The translations under genes and the position numbers were made by a program. The notes beneath the pieces are model-generated. The model ran no database searches, was not told the origin of the DNA, and saw nothing but the letters and a program-made list of their open reading frames with translations. DNA of 64,000 nucleotides from a virus (taxonomy: Duplodnaviria > Caudoviricetes): positions 1-64,000 of IMG/VR virus record IMGVR_UViG_3300049320_000001. The stretch is one strand, 5' to 3'. Below are positions 34,990-43,274 of this stretch, in pieces. Every line of letters begins with the position of its first letter. The first letter of the stretch is position 1.

Positions 34990-35199
34990 CTACGCGACGC
35001 CCATCTCTTCCTTGGCCTGCTGGTACAACGCGTCGTACTCGGCCTTGTGACGGGACTTGAGCACTGAGCCAGCAAGAGCAGCGGCCTGCGCCTGCTTCTT
35101 GTTGCGCTCGACCTTCTCCTGCTCGGTCAGCCCAAGTCCCTTCGGACCCCTTCGGTGTGTGATCTCATCCCTGAGGGACTTCTTGGGGGTATCAGTCAC
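34990..35199 (-). CDS. Hypothetical protein (69 aa)
   Basis: GTG 35199 with upstream AAGGA; ends at the terminator. Confidence 0.6.
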   Translation of the reverse strand: MTDTPKKSLRDEITHRRGPKGLGLTEQEKVERNKKQAQAAALAGSVLKSRHKAEYDALYQQAKEEMGVA

Positions 35200-35300
35200 T
35201 TTCCTTGACTCCTTCGATTTCCGTGATGATGAGGCCGATGATAGCCACAAGCAGTTTACCTGCTTTGACCAGGGCTTCCTTACTGGGAGCCTTCAACTTC

Positions 35301-35582
35301 TTACACATCGGCACCACATCCCTCACATTGGCAAACCCAAGGTGACCACCACCTAAGGTCTCCCGTGGACATCCACTGGACATACGTGGCTGTCATGGGG
35401 TGGTCTTTCACTGCATCTGTCGCGCAGTTCTGACAGAGCGCTATCTCCTCGGCCATGGGTACGGCCTGGGAGAAGTCGATGCTCTGGGCATTACACCTCA
35501 AGCACCGCCGTGAGACAGGGGGTAGGTGTCTCTCGGCATCCTTGACCCACCACCTTTCGGGCGTCTCATCTGTGACGTCCAC
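35301..35582 (-). CDS. Hypothetical Zn-binding protein
   Basis: CxxC..CxxC..CxCxxC; RBS GGAG. Confidence 0.55.
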   Translation of the reverse strand: MDVTDETPERWWVKDAERHLPPVSRRCLRCNAQSIDFSQAVPMAEEIALCQNCATDAVKDHPMTATYVQWMSTGDLRWWSPWVCQCEGCGADV

Positions 35583-35627
35583 AGCGACTCCCTAGAAACG
35601 AAGAAAGACCCACGAATGGGTCTCTCC

Positions 35628-36143
35628 TCATGCTGACTTGCGGACTGGTACGACTGCCTTGCTGTTGCTGATCTTGTAGCCAGGTCGAAGACCTCGCATG
35701 GTGTAGATCCAGCGCTGGCACTCACTCACGTACCGCCACTCGTTCATCTCTCCCGACTCGATGATGTCGAGGATGGCCGACCAGAATCCGTCCCTGATGG
35801 AGTCAACGGCCCCCTCTTCGCGCAGTCGATCGCGTGTCTTCCACACAACCGGTGGGGGCATGACCCCCGGCACGTACTGGATGGCTTGGTCGAAACCACC
35901 GAGGACTCTGACCATCTCCTCGAAGTCGAGGGGGTAGATGTCCACGTAGTCGATGACGATCTTTAGTACCTGCTTGAACGAGGAGTCGGCACCACGATTG
36001 AGGTGAAGTGCCCGTACTCGCTCGACCAGCGGGCGCTGTGACTTACCCGCCATGGCTAGGACTTCTTGGGACTCCTGCAAGACCGCTTCGGTCAAGTTTC
36101 CGCCCTGTCCGTAGTCAAAGGTGAACGACGGCTTGTCGCTCAT
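35628..36143 (-). CDS. Hypothetical protein
   Basis: Strong RBS GAGGAGG before ATG. Confidence 0.75.
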   Translation of the reverse strand: MSDKPSFTFDYGQGGNLTEAVLQESQEVLAMAGKSQRPLVERVRALHLNRGADSSFKQVLKIVIDYVDIYPLDFEEMVRVLGGFDQAIQYVPGVMPPPVVWKTRDRLREEGAVDSIRDGFWSAILDIIESGEMNEWRYVSECQRWIYTMRGLRPGYKISNSKAVVPVRKSA

Positions 36144-36219
36144 GGTTGCCTCCTCTCTCGTCTAGGTAGATGGAACAACCACCTACATGATCTCACACCC
36201 TATACACCATGGTCAACTG

Positions 36220-36726
36220 TTACACCAGAGCAGGCTCCGTGGGGCAGTCCTTGACCCGGTCGAAGAAGTCCTCCACCTTCTTGTTGAAGGCGTCGAGTTC
36301 CCGCTGCGCCGCATCGAGGTCCCTCTGCGCCGCTTCCAGCCTGTGCCGCTTGATGGCGACGACCCACTGGGAGCGGAGCGACTTCTCCTCGCTCTCCATG
36401 GTGTTGCCGTAGAAGGAGAGGAAGGTGCCGTGGAGGACACCGGGGATGGAGAACCCGTAGTGACGAACCACGGACCACGCTGGCCTGCGGAGGAGGAAGA
36501 TCCACCCGAAGAGGTACTTGCTGCGGTGCCGAGTCACCAGGTCGAACATGGCCTGGCGGAAGTCCCCTGCGCGCTCTTCCTGGAGGTAGACCTGCCCCAG
36601 GACGCACATGTAGATGGACAGCAGGTCGAGGCGGTTGGTGTCCACCTTGTTCTCCCAGCCGGGGTGGTGCTTGTCGAGGTAGGCCATCCCTCGATTGATC
36701 TTCTTGTTGTAGTTCACAGTTCGCAT
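36220..36726 (-). CDS. Hypothetical protein
   Basis: RBS AGGAGG; G.A.LD...PGW...D..RLD...CVLGQ.Y pattern; C-terminal coiled coil. Confidence 0.75.
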   Translation of the reverse strand: MRTVNYNKKINRGMAYLDKHHPGWENKVDTNRLDLLSIYMCVLGQVYLQEERAGDFRQAMFDLVTRHRSKYLFGWIFLLRRPAWSVVRHYGFSIPGVLHGTFLSFYGNTMESEEKSLRSQWVVAIKRHRLEAAQRDLDAAQRELDAFNKKVEDFFDRVKDCPTEPALV

Positions 36727-36730
36727 GTTG

Positions 36731-37438
36731 CTACCTCCTGAAGTCGGTCTGATCGTGGACGACGAGTCCGATGATGTCCTCGCCTGGTTGCTGTTCCTGC
36801 TGGACGACAGGAGCCTGACGGCCCTGCGTCAGAGCCAGCAGCCGTGGGGTCTGCTGCATGGCCTCCAAGATGGTCTCCTTGGGGTCGGGGAGGGAGCCGA
36901 TCAGTGCTCGGGCCTCCTCGGGGATGCCGCCGTGCATGATGAGCGCACGGATGGCCTCGCTGCGCTTCTTGTCCAGAGCGTGCTTGGCGCGACTGATGAC
37001 GATGTTGACGTCATCTTCGATCTCTCGAAGAGCCCGCTCCTTGCCGGTGATCTTGTAGTCCGGGCGAGGCATGTCCAGCAGGCCGCTGCCGTAACTACGA
37101 CGACTCTCGCCAACCGTGATCCCGGCCTGAAGACAACGCTGCTTCCACTCCCCGAACTCGGTCTGGAAGCGCTCCTTCATCGCCACCCACTCCTCGTGGA
37201 GCCCAGCAGCGATGCCATCCAGTTCAGCGAACTGCGTGTTGACCTCCACAGTCCGCTGACGGACGAGTTCGACCTTGTACTGAGTGAGGTCTTTGATCAG
37301 CAGGTCGTAGTCCGCATTGATCAACTTCTCGATCTGCTTCTTCTCGGTGATCCCGAGAGCCTTGGTGCGGACTGGTGCTTTCGCAGCCGCTTCCGCTGCG
37401 ATCCTTTCTGCCTCGGCCTCACTGGACGGTCGTGTCAT
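36731..37438 (-). CDS. Hypothetical coiled-coil protein
   Basis: ATG 37438 overlaps upstream TGA; phage-like codon usage. Confidence 0.7.
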   Translation of the reverse strand: MTRPSSEAEAERIAAEAAAKAPVRTKALGITEKKQIEKLINADYDLLIKDLTQYKVELVRQRTVEVNTQFAELDGIAAGLHEEWVAMKERFQTEFGEWKQRCLQAGITVGESRRSYGSGLLDMPRPDYKITGKERALREIEDDVNIVISRAKHALDKKRSEAIRALIMHGGIPEEARALIGSLPDPKETILEAMQQTPRLLALTQGRQAPVVQQEQQPGEDIIGLVVHDQTDFRR

Positions 37439-37710
37439 CTCTTCTTCTTCCTGTCGAGGATGTCCTTGTTCCAAGCGTCGGTGCAGGGCCTGCATCTGCA
37501 CCCCCAGTTGCCGTACGTCGAAGGCCTGCCGTGTGGGACCAAGTCGGGGTTGAACAGCAGGCGCTGAGCGCGCTCCTTTCTCTGCTTCCTACAGAAGACG
37601 TTGTTGGCTTCTCGGCACAGGTCGCACCGACAGCCGAGGTTGAGGTAGCCGTTGTAGGTGCCGTGCCGTGGGTCGTCTGGTTCCAGAGGCTTGCGTTCTC
37701 TCTTGGGCGT
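37435..37710 (-). CDS. HGT-Y..GCRCxxC double-repeat Zn-binding protein, apparent ACG start (absent from ORF track)
   Basis: Manual translation (T/M)PKRERKPLEPDDPRHGTYNGYLNLGCRCDLCREAN..PHGRPSTYGNWGCRCRPCTDAWNKDILDRKKKR; SD-like AAGGTGGTG then ACG. Confidence 0.65.
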   Translation of the reverse strand, partial: TPKRERKPLEPDDPRHGTYNGYLNLGCRCDLCREANNVFCRKQRKERAQRLLFNPDLVPHGRPSTYGNWGCRCRPCTDAWNKDILDRKKKR

Positions 37711-37778
37711 GGTTCACCACCTTGAGTAGTAGGGGCAGCAAGAGGGGCCAGGAGTTGGAATCCCTGGCCCCTCTTGCA

Positions 37779-38969
37779 TCAGACCCCGATGGTCTGGCGC
37801 TCGCGCTGGTTGGCTTCCTCTGCTGCGAAGAAGCGCTCCAGTTCGGCGTCAGTCGGCTCCCTGGTCCCCCAGTGGACGTTGGCCTTGGCCAAGATCTCGT
37901 CCTCATCGATCTGGAGGTGGAGCATCTGCTGGATCATGTGATCCTCGTGCGGGAGGTGTCCGGCGACGAGACCGAACTGCTCCATCGTGCGATCGATCCT
38001 GGACACGGAGTGGACGCAGAACGCGGCCTCGCCCTTGCCAGGATCGGTGCGGCTGACGACTCGCCGGATGTTGCCCGACGAACCCTTGTGGATGCGGTAC
38101 AGCCGCCCCTTGGAGCCCACCACGTGGAAGTAGTTGAACCTTGCGTACTCCTCACGCTGCTCCTCGGTGAGCAGGCCCAGGAGAGTCCCCAGAGCCCGCT
38201 CGGAGGCCGACTGCGTTGCCAGCCGCTCTGCCTCGACCCGCTGGAAGAGAGCCAGGGCTTCCGCCTGCTGGCGGGCCTGCCTCTCCTCGGGAGTCTCGAC
38301 AGGCCGTGCGTAGGTCAGTCCTCTACGAGCGACTTCCCGCTGAACATCGGCACCGTTGTACGCCTGGACGCCGTAGCCCACCCAGTTCCGCTCCCAGATC
38401 GTCTGGTTGGCAATGTAGGCGTTGGTGGAGATGGTGTACTGCTCGTTCCATCTACTCCAGGTGTAGGTATCGGTCATCAGCGTCACCGTGTTCGTCATGG
38501 CCGCTGTGGGCAGCCCGTTGATGTTGAAGATGTACTGCCCAGCGGTGTTGGTGGTACTGGACGTCATGGTGATCTCGAAGGGATGGTCTCGGACATGTGT
38601 GTAGAACCTGGTGACCCCGCCTGTTCCTTCGTGACGCACCAGCCCCAGCGTGTCGTAGCCCCTGTTCACCGTGACGGTCTGGTTGACCGGCCTGGAGTAC
38701 GTGGACACTGGGGGATGACGGATGATCTCCGTCATCTTCCGGTACCGCTCTGCCCACTGTCGCCGCCCGGTGTCCCAGGGCTGCTTGGCGGGAGAGTGAG
38801 CCACCAGGACCGTGTCCTCACCCTTGGGCCGGGTGCGGAGGACCCTGTTGCATCGAGCGCACGATCCGTATCCACCGCTGTAGTGCTGCTTGCCGTTCCG
38901 CAGCGGGTAGTAGTGGATGGCCTTGTAGATCGTGGCTGGGGCTTCACCAGCCCCCTGGCACTTAGCCAC
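37779..38969 (-). CDS. Partner of ubiquitin-like protein; N-terminal Cys motif and conserved-looking C-terminal domain with FCVH
   Basis: GTG 38969 overlaps the upstream stop; LL..L..EQ.EEY..F.V.GS.G..YRI..G..GNI..FCVH..LP.ED.M..Q.L.L..DE..L..AN. Confidence 0.65.
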   Translation of the reverse strand: MAKCQGAGEAPATIYKAIHYYPLRNGKQHYSGGYGSCARCNRVLRTRPKGEDTVLVAHSPAKQPWDTGRRQWAERYRKMTEIIRHPPVSTYSRPVNQTVTVNRGYDTLGLVRHEGTGGVTRFYTHVRDHPFEITMTSSTTNTAGQYIFNINGLPTAAMTNTVTLMTDTYTWSRWNEQYTISTNAYIANQTIWERNWVGYGVQAYNGADVQREVARRGLTYARPVETPEERQARQQAEALALFQRVEAERLATQSASERALGTLLGLLTEEQREEYARFNYFHVVGSKGRLYRIHKGSSGNIRRVVSRTDPGKGEAAFCVHSVSRIDRTMEQFGLVAGHLPHEDHMIQQMLHLQIDEDEILAKANVHWGTREPTDAELERFFAAEEANQRERQTIGV

Positions 38970-39252
38970 CGACCAACTGCGGGGCCATGATGATCTTCTC
39001 GGCGGTCGGGTCGAAGGTGTCGATCCGCTCGCCCTTCTCGCCCTGCGCGTTGACCTTGTAGGCCAGGTAGCGCTTCTCCTTGAGGGCCTCGAACTGCTTC
39101 TTGGCAGCCGCGACCTCGTCGGGGTTGTCCTTGCTCCACATGAATCGAGAGTCACCCGATCCGTCGAGCACGTACAGGCCGTGCTGACCCTGGGCCAGGA
39201 CCTCGTTCTCGGCCTGGCTGGCGGTCATCTTCTCGCTTGCGGTGGTGGTCAT
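38962..39252 (-). CDS. Putative ubiquitin-like (beta-grasp) protein ending in VGG
   Basis: Predicted beta-beta-alpha-beta-beta-beta order; C-terminus KIIMAPQLVGG-stop. Confidence 0.55.
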   Translation of the reverse strand: MTTTASEKMTASQAENEVLAQGQHGLYVLDGSGDSRFMWSKDNPDEVAAAKKQFEALKEKRYLAYKVNAQGEKGERIDTFDPTAEKIIMAPQLVGG

Positions 39253-39410
39253 GGTGCCCTTTCAGAGTCATCAGTTTCAGTGGATAGCCCTGGAAACATC
39301 TCGTCCAGGATCTTGTCGAGCCGTTCCTTTACTTCTGGTTCTTCGAGCCGAGCCCAGTCCTCCTTGGTGTGTGGTTGGGGAAACCCCAAGAGGCAGAGTG
39401 GGCAGGGCAC
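39249..39410 (-). CDS. Small hypothetical protein (53 aa, absent from ORF track)
   Basis: VPCPLCLLGFPQPHTKEDWARLEEPEVKERLDKILDEMFPG..; fills the gap with an overlapping stop/start. Confidence 0.45.
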   Translation of the reverse strand: MPCPLCLLGFPQPHTKEDWARLEEPEVKERLDKILDEMFPGLSTETDDSERAP

Positions 39411-40202
39411 CTAGACGTCCTTGAACATCGCCTCCACGGCCTTCTTCTTGGCCTCCTGGGCGAGGTCGTAGGCCTTGCTGTAGCCGACCTTGCCGTCGCC
39501 CTGGACGTCACCGTCCTCGTCGCGGGTGAGGTTCTCGTCGTCCACCTGGGGCTCGGACTCCCAGACGATGCCGCCGTCGTAGTGGACCTGACCGACGTGG
39601 CCAGCCTTGACCTGAACTACATGAAGAGTGAACATGGCTTCCGTTTCTGTGAGAAGTGCTTCGAGGTCCTTGGGTGTTTCTGTGAGTAGTGCTGTGGTGT
39701 CCTTGGACTTGACGTCCTTGATCAGGTCCGTTTCGTATACCGTCTTCTTCTTGCGCTCGGTGCAGTCGCGGCACTCTGCCTTGCAGACTGGAACGCCGTA
39801 CTGCGAACGCACAGGAGAGGTCGTCGCTGAGACGACGTAGGCATGACCGACGCAGGCGTAAGTGATCCCGCTGATCGTCTGGACGTTGGTCCGCTTCACC
39901 ATCGTGAAGGTGTCACCGACCTTGAGGTTGAAGTCCTGTGCGGGCTTCCCCTCGTCCCTGTCCAGCCACTCGATCACCGTTCCCGGCACGAAGGCTGAGA
40001 CGTACTTCCTGTCGTAGCCGGGGAACTTGGCGATGACCCTCTGGTGTGGGGGTTCATAGGTGCTGTAGGTGTCGACCACACCCTCTGCCCCACGCCATGG
40101 TGTGGTGGTACCCACCCACGGGCGATGGCCTTCCTCGATGATCCTGATCCGTTCCCCGATCTTCGGCTGGAAGTCCGGGGGTCCTGTTGTTCTGAGAACC
40201 AT
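39411..40202 (-). CDS. Hypothetical protein, possibly a fusion of two small genes
   Basis: RBS GGGAGG before ATG 40202; internal ALLTET duplication. Confidence 0.65.
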   Translation of the reverse strand: MVLRTTGPPDFQPKIGERIRIIEEGHRPWVGTTTPWRGAEGVVDTYSTYEPPHQRVIAKFPGYDRKYVSAFVPGTVIEWLDRDEGKPAQDFNLKVGDTFTMVKRTNVQTISGITYACVGHAYVVSATTSPVRSQYGVPVCKAECRDCTERKKKTVYETDLIKDVKSKDTTALLTETPKDLEALLTETEAMFTLHVVQVKAGHVGQVHYDGGIVWESEPQVDDENLTRDEDGDVQGDGKVGYSKAYDLAQEAKKKAVEAMFKDV

Positions 40203-40309
40203 GTTCCTCCCTATGTGATGGGTGCGGGGTACCACTCCCGCTCCTGGGTAGGTACTCGTGACCCGGTGTCCTAGACGTCCTAGAAACACCGCCCAGCCCT
40301 TCCGGTCGC

Positions 40310-40450
40310 CTACTTCTTGAGGCTTCCCGGTCGCTTGGTTCCGACCTTGTCACTTGCTGACAGTGCCTCCCAAGCCTTGCGACGTGCTTCGAGCCCGAAG
40401 ACGTTGTTCTTCTTCGGGCTCTTCCTGCGGAGTGCCTTCCTTCCCTTCAT
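40310..40450 (-). CDS. Small basic protein (46 aa)
   Basis: RBS AGGAGG; MKGRKALRRKSPKK.. Confidence 0.6.
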   Translation of the reverse strand: MKGRKALRRKSPKKNNVFGLEARRKAWEALSASDKVGTKRPGSLKK

Positions 40451-40457
40451 GTGCCTC

Positions 40458-42047
40458 CTAGACGGTCTTCTCGGGGACCTGGATCCGAGCCCAGTCCTCG
40501 TCCCCACCACGGTTGATGGTGGCGATGGACAGGGTGTCGCTCGTGGCCGAGGTGACCAGGCCCTTCATGGCGGTGTGCAGCGAGTCCGGGATGTGGCCCT
40601 CGCTGGCACCGGTCATCAGGTCGTACTGCTTGCGGATGGACGTCGCCGCGTGGACGAAGTCCTCCGTCCGCAGCACGTCCGGTGCCCCCTTCGTGCGGGA
40701 GATCGAGTAGCGGATCGTACGCCCGATGGCCTCCGCGATGAAGGCGGGGAGGAAGCCCTCCATCGCCTCACCGATGGCCTGGTAGTCGAGCGCCGTGTCC
40801 AACTTCTCGTCGGGCACGATGGCGTGGATCATCTTCTCCACGCCGGGGCTGTCGAGCGCCGAGATCTCGATGTAGGCGTCCGTACGACCCGAGCGGAGCA
40901 TCCCCTTGTGGATGTTGTCCGCGTGGTTGGTCGTCATCACGCAGATCAACTGCGTGTTCTTCTTCTGGATGCCGTCGAACATCTCCAGCAACTGCGACAC
41001 CTTGTCCGGGTCACCGCTCTGCGCGACCGTGTCGATGTCCTCGTAGAAGACGACAGCGGGCTGGTAGAGCAGGGCGGTCTGCATGACCTCGCCCAGGTTG
41101 TCCTTGCCGGGGCGGCACTGGATGAAGGTCCAGCCGTTGTCCACGGCAACCTGCGCCGTGAGCATCGCCGCCAGGGACTTGCCGGTGCCGTAGGGACCAG
41201 CGAGGAGAGCGGACCGCTTGAGGGACTGCCCGTTCGCCACCTGGACCTCCGGGAACCGGATGACGTCCCAGATGTTGGCCTCCAACTCCGTCTGGACGTG
41301 CTCGGAGTAGACGACCTTGGAGGGGTCCACCGTGAAGGGGTCGATGAACGTGGGCTGGGTGGCCCCCGTGATCGCTCGACCCTTGTAGATGGAGAACTCC
41401 TTCAGTTCGGCCTCGATCAACTTGAAGAGGCCCTGCACCTTGTTGCTGTGCTTGCGGTAGGTCTCGACGTGGAGCCGGAACAGGAGACCCAACTCGGCAT
41501 CCTGCATCTGGTCCGTCGTGAGGGTGGCCTCCAGCGGCGGGAACTCGATGACACCCCAGGGGACCTGGATCTGCTGGTCCACACCGCTGTCGATGGTGAT
41601 CATGCGGGGCGGGTTCTTCCCGAAGAGGGAGAACGTCGCCTGCGCGATCCCCGTCGTGCCGAAGTTGCGCTTGAGCGCCGACTGGAGCGCCGCAGCACCA
41701 TCCCAGGGCCGGTACTTGAAGGTCTGGGTGAAGGTCGTGACCTCCTCCTTCTGGGCGATGCGCTTCTCCCAGAACTTGAGCACCTCCCGGTCCTTGCCCT
41801 CGTACTGGGTCGGCACGACCCACTTGCCACCGTCGTCGTAGACGACGTCGTCGTCTCCGACCTGCTTGCCGCCGAGTTCTGCGAGGAGAGCCAGGAGGCG
41901 CTTCTCACCGATGCGGTCGGACTTGTCCTTGTCAGTGGGCACTTGGAACCTTTCGGGGTTGGTACCTACCTCAATGACGGGATTGTCACTGAGGAAGCGA
42001 ATGACGCTCTTCTCGAACGCCTTGCTGCTGAACGTGACGCTGGCCAC
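40458..42047 (-). CDS. Classical-clade AAA+ ATPase with BCS1-like Walker B
   Basis: GPYGTGKS (Walker A), VVFYEDID (Walker B), MTTNH (sensor 1), LRSGRTD (SRH/Arg finger). Confidence 0.88.
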   Translation of the reverse strand: MASVTFSSKAFEKSVIRFLSDNPVIEVGTNPERFQVPTDKDKSDRIGEKRLLALLAELGGKQVGDDDVVYDDGGKWVVPTQYEGKDREVLKFWEKRIAQKEEVTTFTQTFKYRPWDGAAALQSALKRNFGTTGIAQATFSLFGKNPPRMITIDSGVDQQIQVPWGVIEFPPLEATLTTDQMQDAELGLLFRLHVETYRKHSNKVQGLFKLIEAELKEFSIYKGRAITGATQPTFIDPFTVDPSKVVYSEHVQTELEANIWDVIRFPEVQVANGQSLKRSALLAGPYGTGKSLAAMLTAQVAVDNGWTFIQCRPGKDNLGEVMQTALLYQPAVVFYEDIDTVAQSGDPDKVSQLLEMFDGIQKKNTQLICVMTTNHADNIHKGMLRSGRTDAYIEISALDSPGVEKMIHAIVPDEKLDTALDYQAIGEAMEGFLPAFIAEAIGRTIRYSISRTKGAPDVLRTEDFVHAATSIRKQYDLMTGASEGHIPDSLHTAMKGLVTSATSDTLSIATINRGGDEDWARIQVPEKTV

Positions 42048-42413
42048 CTACGTGGCCTGTGGCACGTGCTGCCGGTAGGGGTCGCCAACGGCGTTCTCCT
42101 TGTAGGCAGCATGCACCAGGAAAGCCACGGTCAGGAGGTGATCGGTGATCAACTCCCTCTCGCGGCCTTGTTCGGGATGGTCAGCGAGGTACTGCTCGAC
42201 CATCCGGTTGGCGAGGTCGTCCCACTTCTCGTGCTGGACGCCCTCCCCACACGGGTCACAGGCAAGCCAGGGGCCGGTGTTGGTCGCAGTGACCACCTTG
42301 GTCTGGCCGTCTTCGCTCCCGGCGAGGATGTCCGTCTGGAAGGACTTCGCCGGGAACGCCCAGGCTTGCTCGGGAAGGTTCGCGCCACAGAAGTCGCACT
42401 TACCTCCCTGCAT
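42048..42413 (-). CDS. Zn-binding hypothetical protein
   Basis: CDFC..W.ACDPC. Confidence 0.65.
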   Translation of the reverse strand: MQGGKCDFCGANLPEQAWAFPAKSFQTDILAGSEDGQTKVVTATNTGPWLACDPCGEGVQHEKWDDLANRMVEQYLADHPEQGRERELITDHLLTVAFLVHAAYKENAVGDPYRQHVPQAT

Positions 42414-42664
42414 CAGTTCCTCTTGTCCGCTCGCTGGGCGGAACAGGATTCGCAGTGCTGGTCGTCGTTGGAGACGTGCTGGTGGAACACGTCCTCGGTG
42501 TATCTGGACGGAACGATCTCCAGCGTGATCCCGTTGCGCTTCTGCTCGCTGCTAGGAGCGAGAGTCGCCTTCTCCAGGATCTCCTGGACGATCCCCCGGA
42601 CCTGCTGCGTGTCCAGGATCCCCTTCGGATCCAGGATGTCGGTGAACACTCGGTATCTGGGCAT
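42413..42664 (-). CDS. Hypothetical protein
   Basis: ATG 42664 with GAGAGG upstream. Confidence 0.55.
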   Translation of the reverse strand: MPRYRVFTDILDPKGILDTQQVRGIVQEILEKATLAPSSEQKRNGITLEIVPSRYTEDVFHQHVSNDDQHCESCSAQRADKRN

Positions 42665-43274
42665 CAGCCTCTCTCTTCTGCCGTCGTGTGGCGGCGGATC
42701 GGGTGGCACGTTCAGCGCGGGCCTTGGCCTTCTCCTCTTCGGAGAGTGCCGCCCACTCCTCACGTGCCTTCTGCCTGAGTTCGTACTTCCGAGGGGCATC
42801 GGGGTCGATCCCTCGGTTGATCAAACGAGCCCGGTAAGCCTGACGAGCCCGCTCCTTGCGCTGCTCCACTTCCTGCTCTGGCGTGAGAGGAGGTGGCTTG
42901 GGGCGGAACTCGTGCAGCATGTGCTTGCCGGTGTTGTTCACCTGGTACTTGCGGTCAGGACTGAGGCGTACCAATCCCTTCTCCGGATCCCTCTCGAAAG
43001 AGGGTCCCCGCATGACCTTCTTGGCGAAGGCACGACCTCCGACCCGCATCAAGAAGTCGATGTCGTGGTTCTTCTTGCGAGGTTGGAGCGGCTCACCAGG
43101 GTGCTCCCTGCGCCACGCCAGTTCGCGCTGCCTCTCGGCGGTGCGGATCGCCAGCCCAGGTGGACAGGCCTGTGTGCCGACACGAAGAGCGGCCTCGTAG
43201 GAGTGCCACTTCTCGTCCGACAGGAACTCCACCAAGGAGTGGTAGACGATCCCACCCCTGCCCCTGGCAGGCAC
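42552..43274 (-). CDS. Basic hypothetical protein
   Basis: GTG coupled to upstream stop; overlaps the next gene by about 110 nt so the 3' end is uncertain. Confidence 0.55.
   Translation of the reverse strand: MPARGRGGIVYHSLVEFLSDEKWHSYEAALRVGTQACPPGLAIRTAERQRELAWRREHPGEPLQPRKKNHDIDFLMRVGGRAFAKKVMRGPSFERDPEKGLVRLSPDRKYQVNNTGKHMLHEFRPKPPPLTPEQEVEQRKERARQAYRARLINRGIDPDAPRKYELRQKAREEWAALSEEEKAKARAERATRSAATRRQKREADAQIPSVHRHPGSEGDPGHAAGPGDRPGDPGEGDSRS

Noticed and set aside
40066-40080. GTCGAC, GGATCC, CCCGGG and GGCGCC as fully avoided restriction sites
   Set aside because: At least one copy of each was seen (about 40071, 31673, 48325, 63675), so only AGCT, CTGCAG and CTCGAG are proposed pending counts
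40458-42047. AAA ATPase as an ARC/Mpa proteasome ATPase partnering the Pup-like protein
   Set aside because: Walker B is EDID (BCS1-like), with no N-terminal coiled coil/OB signature and no HbYX C-terminus
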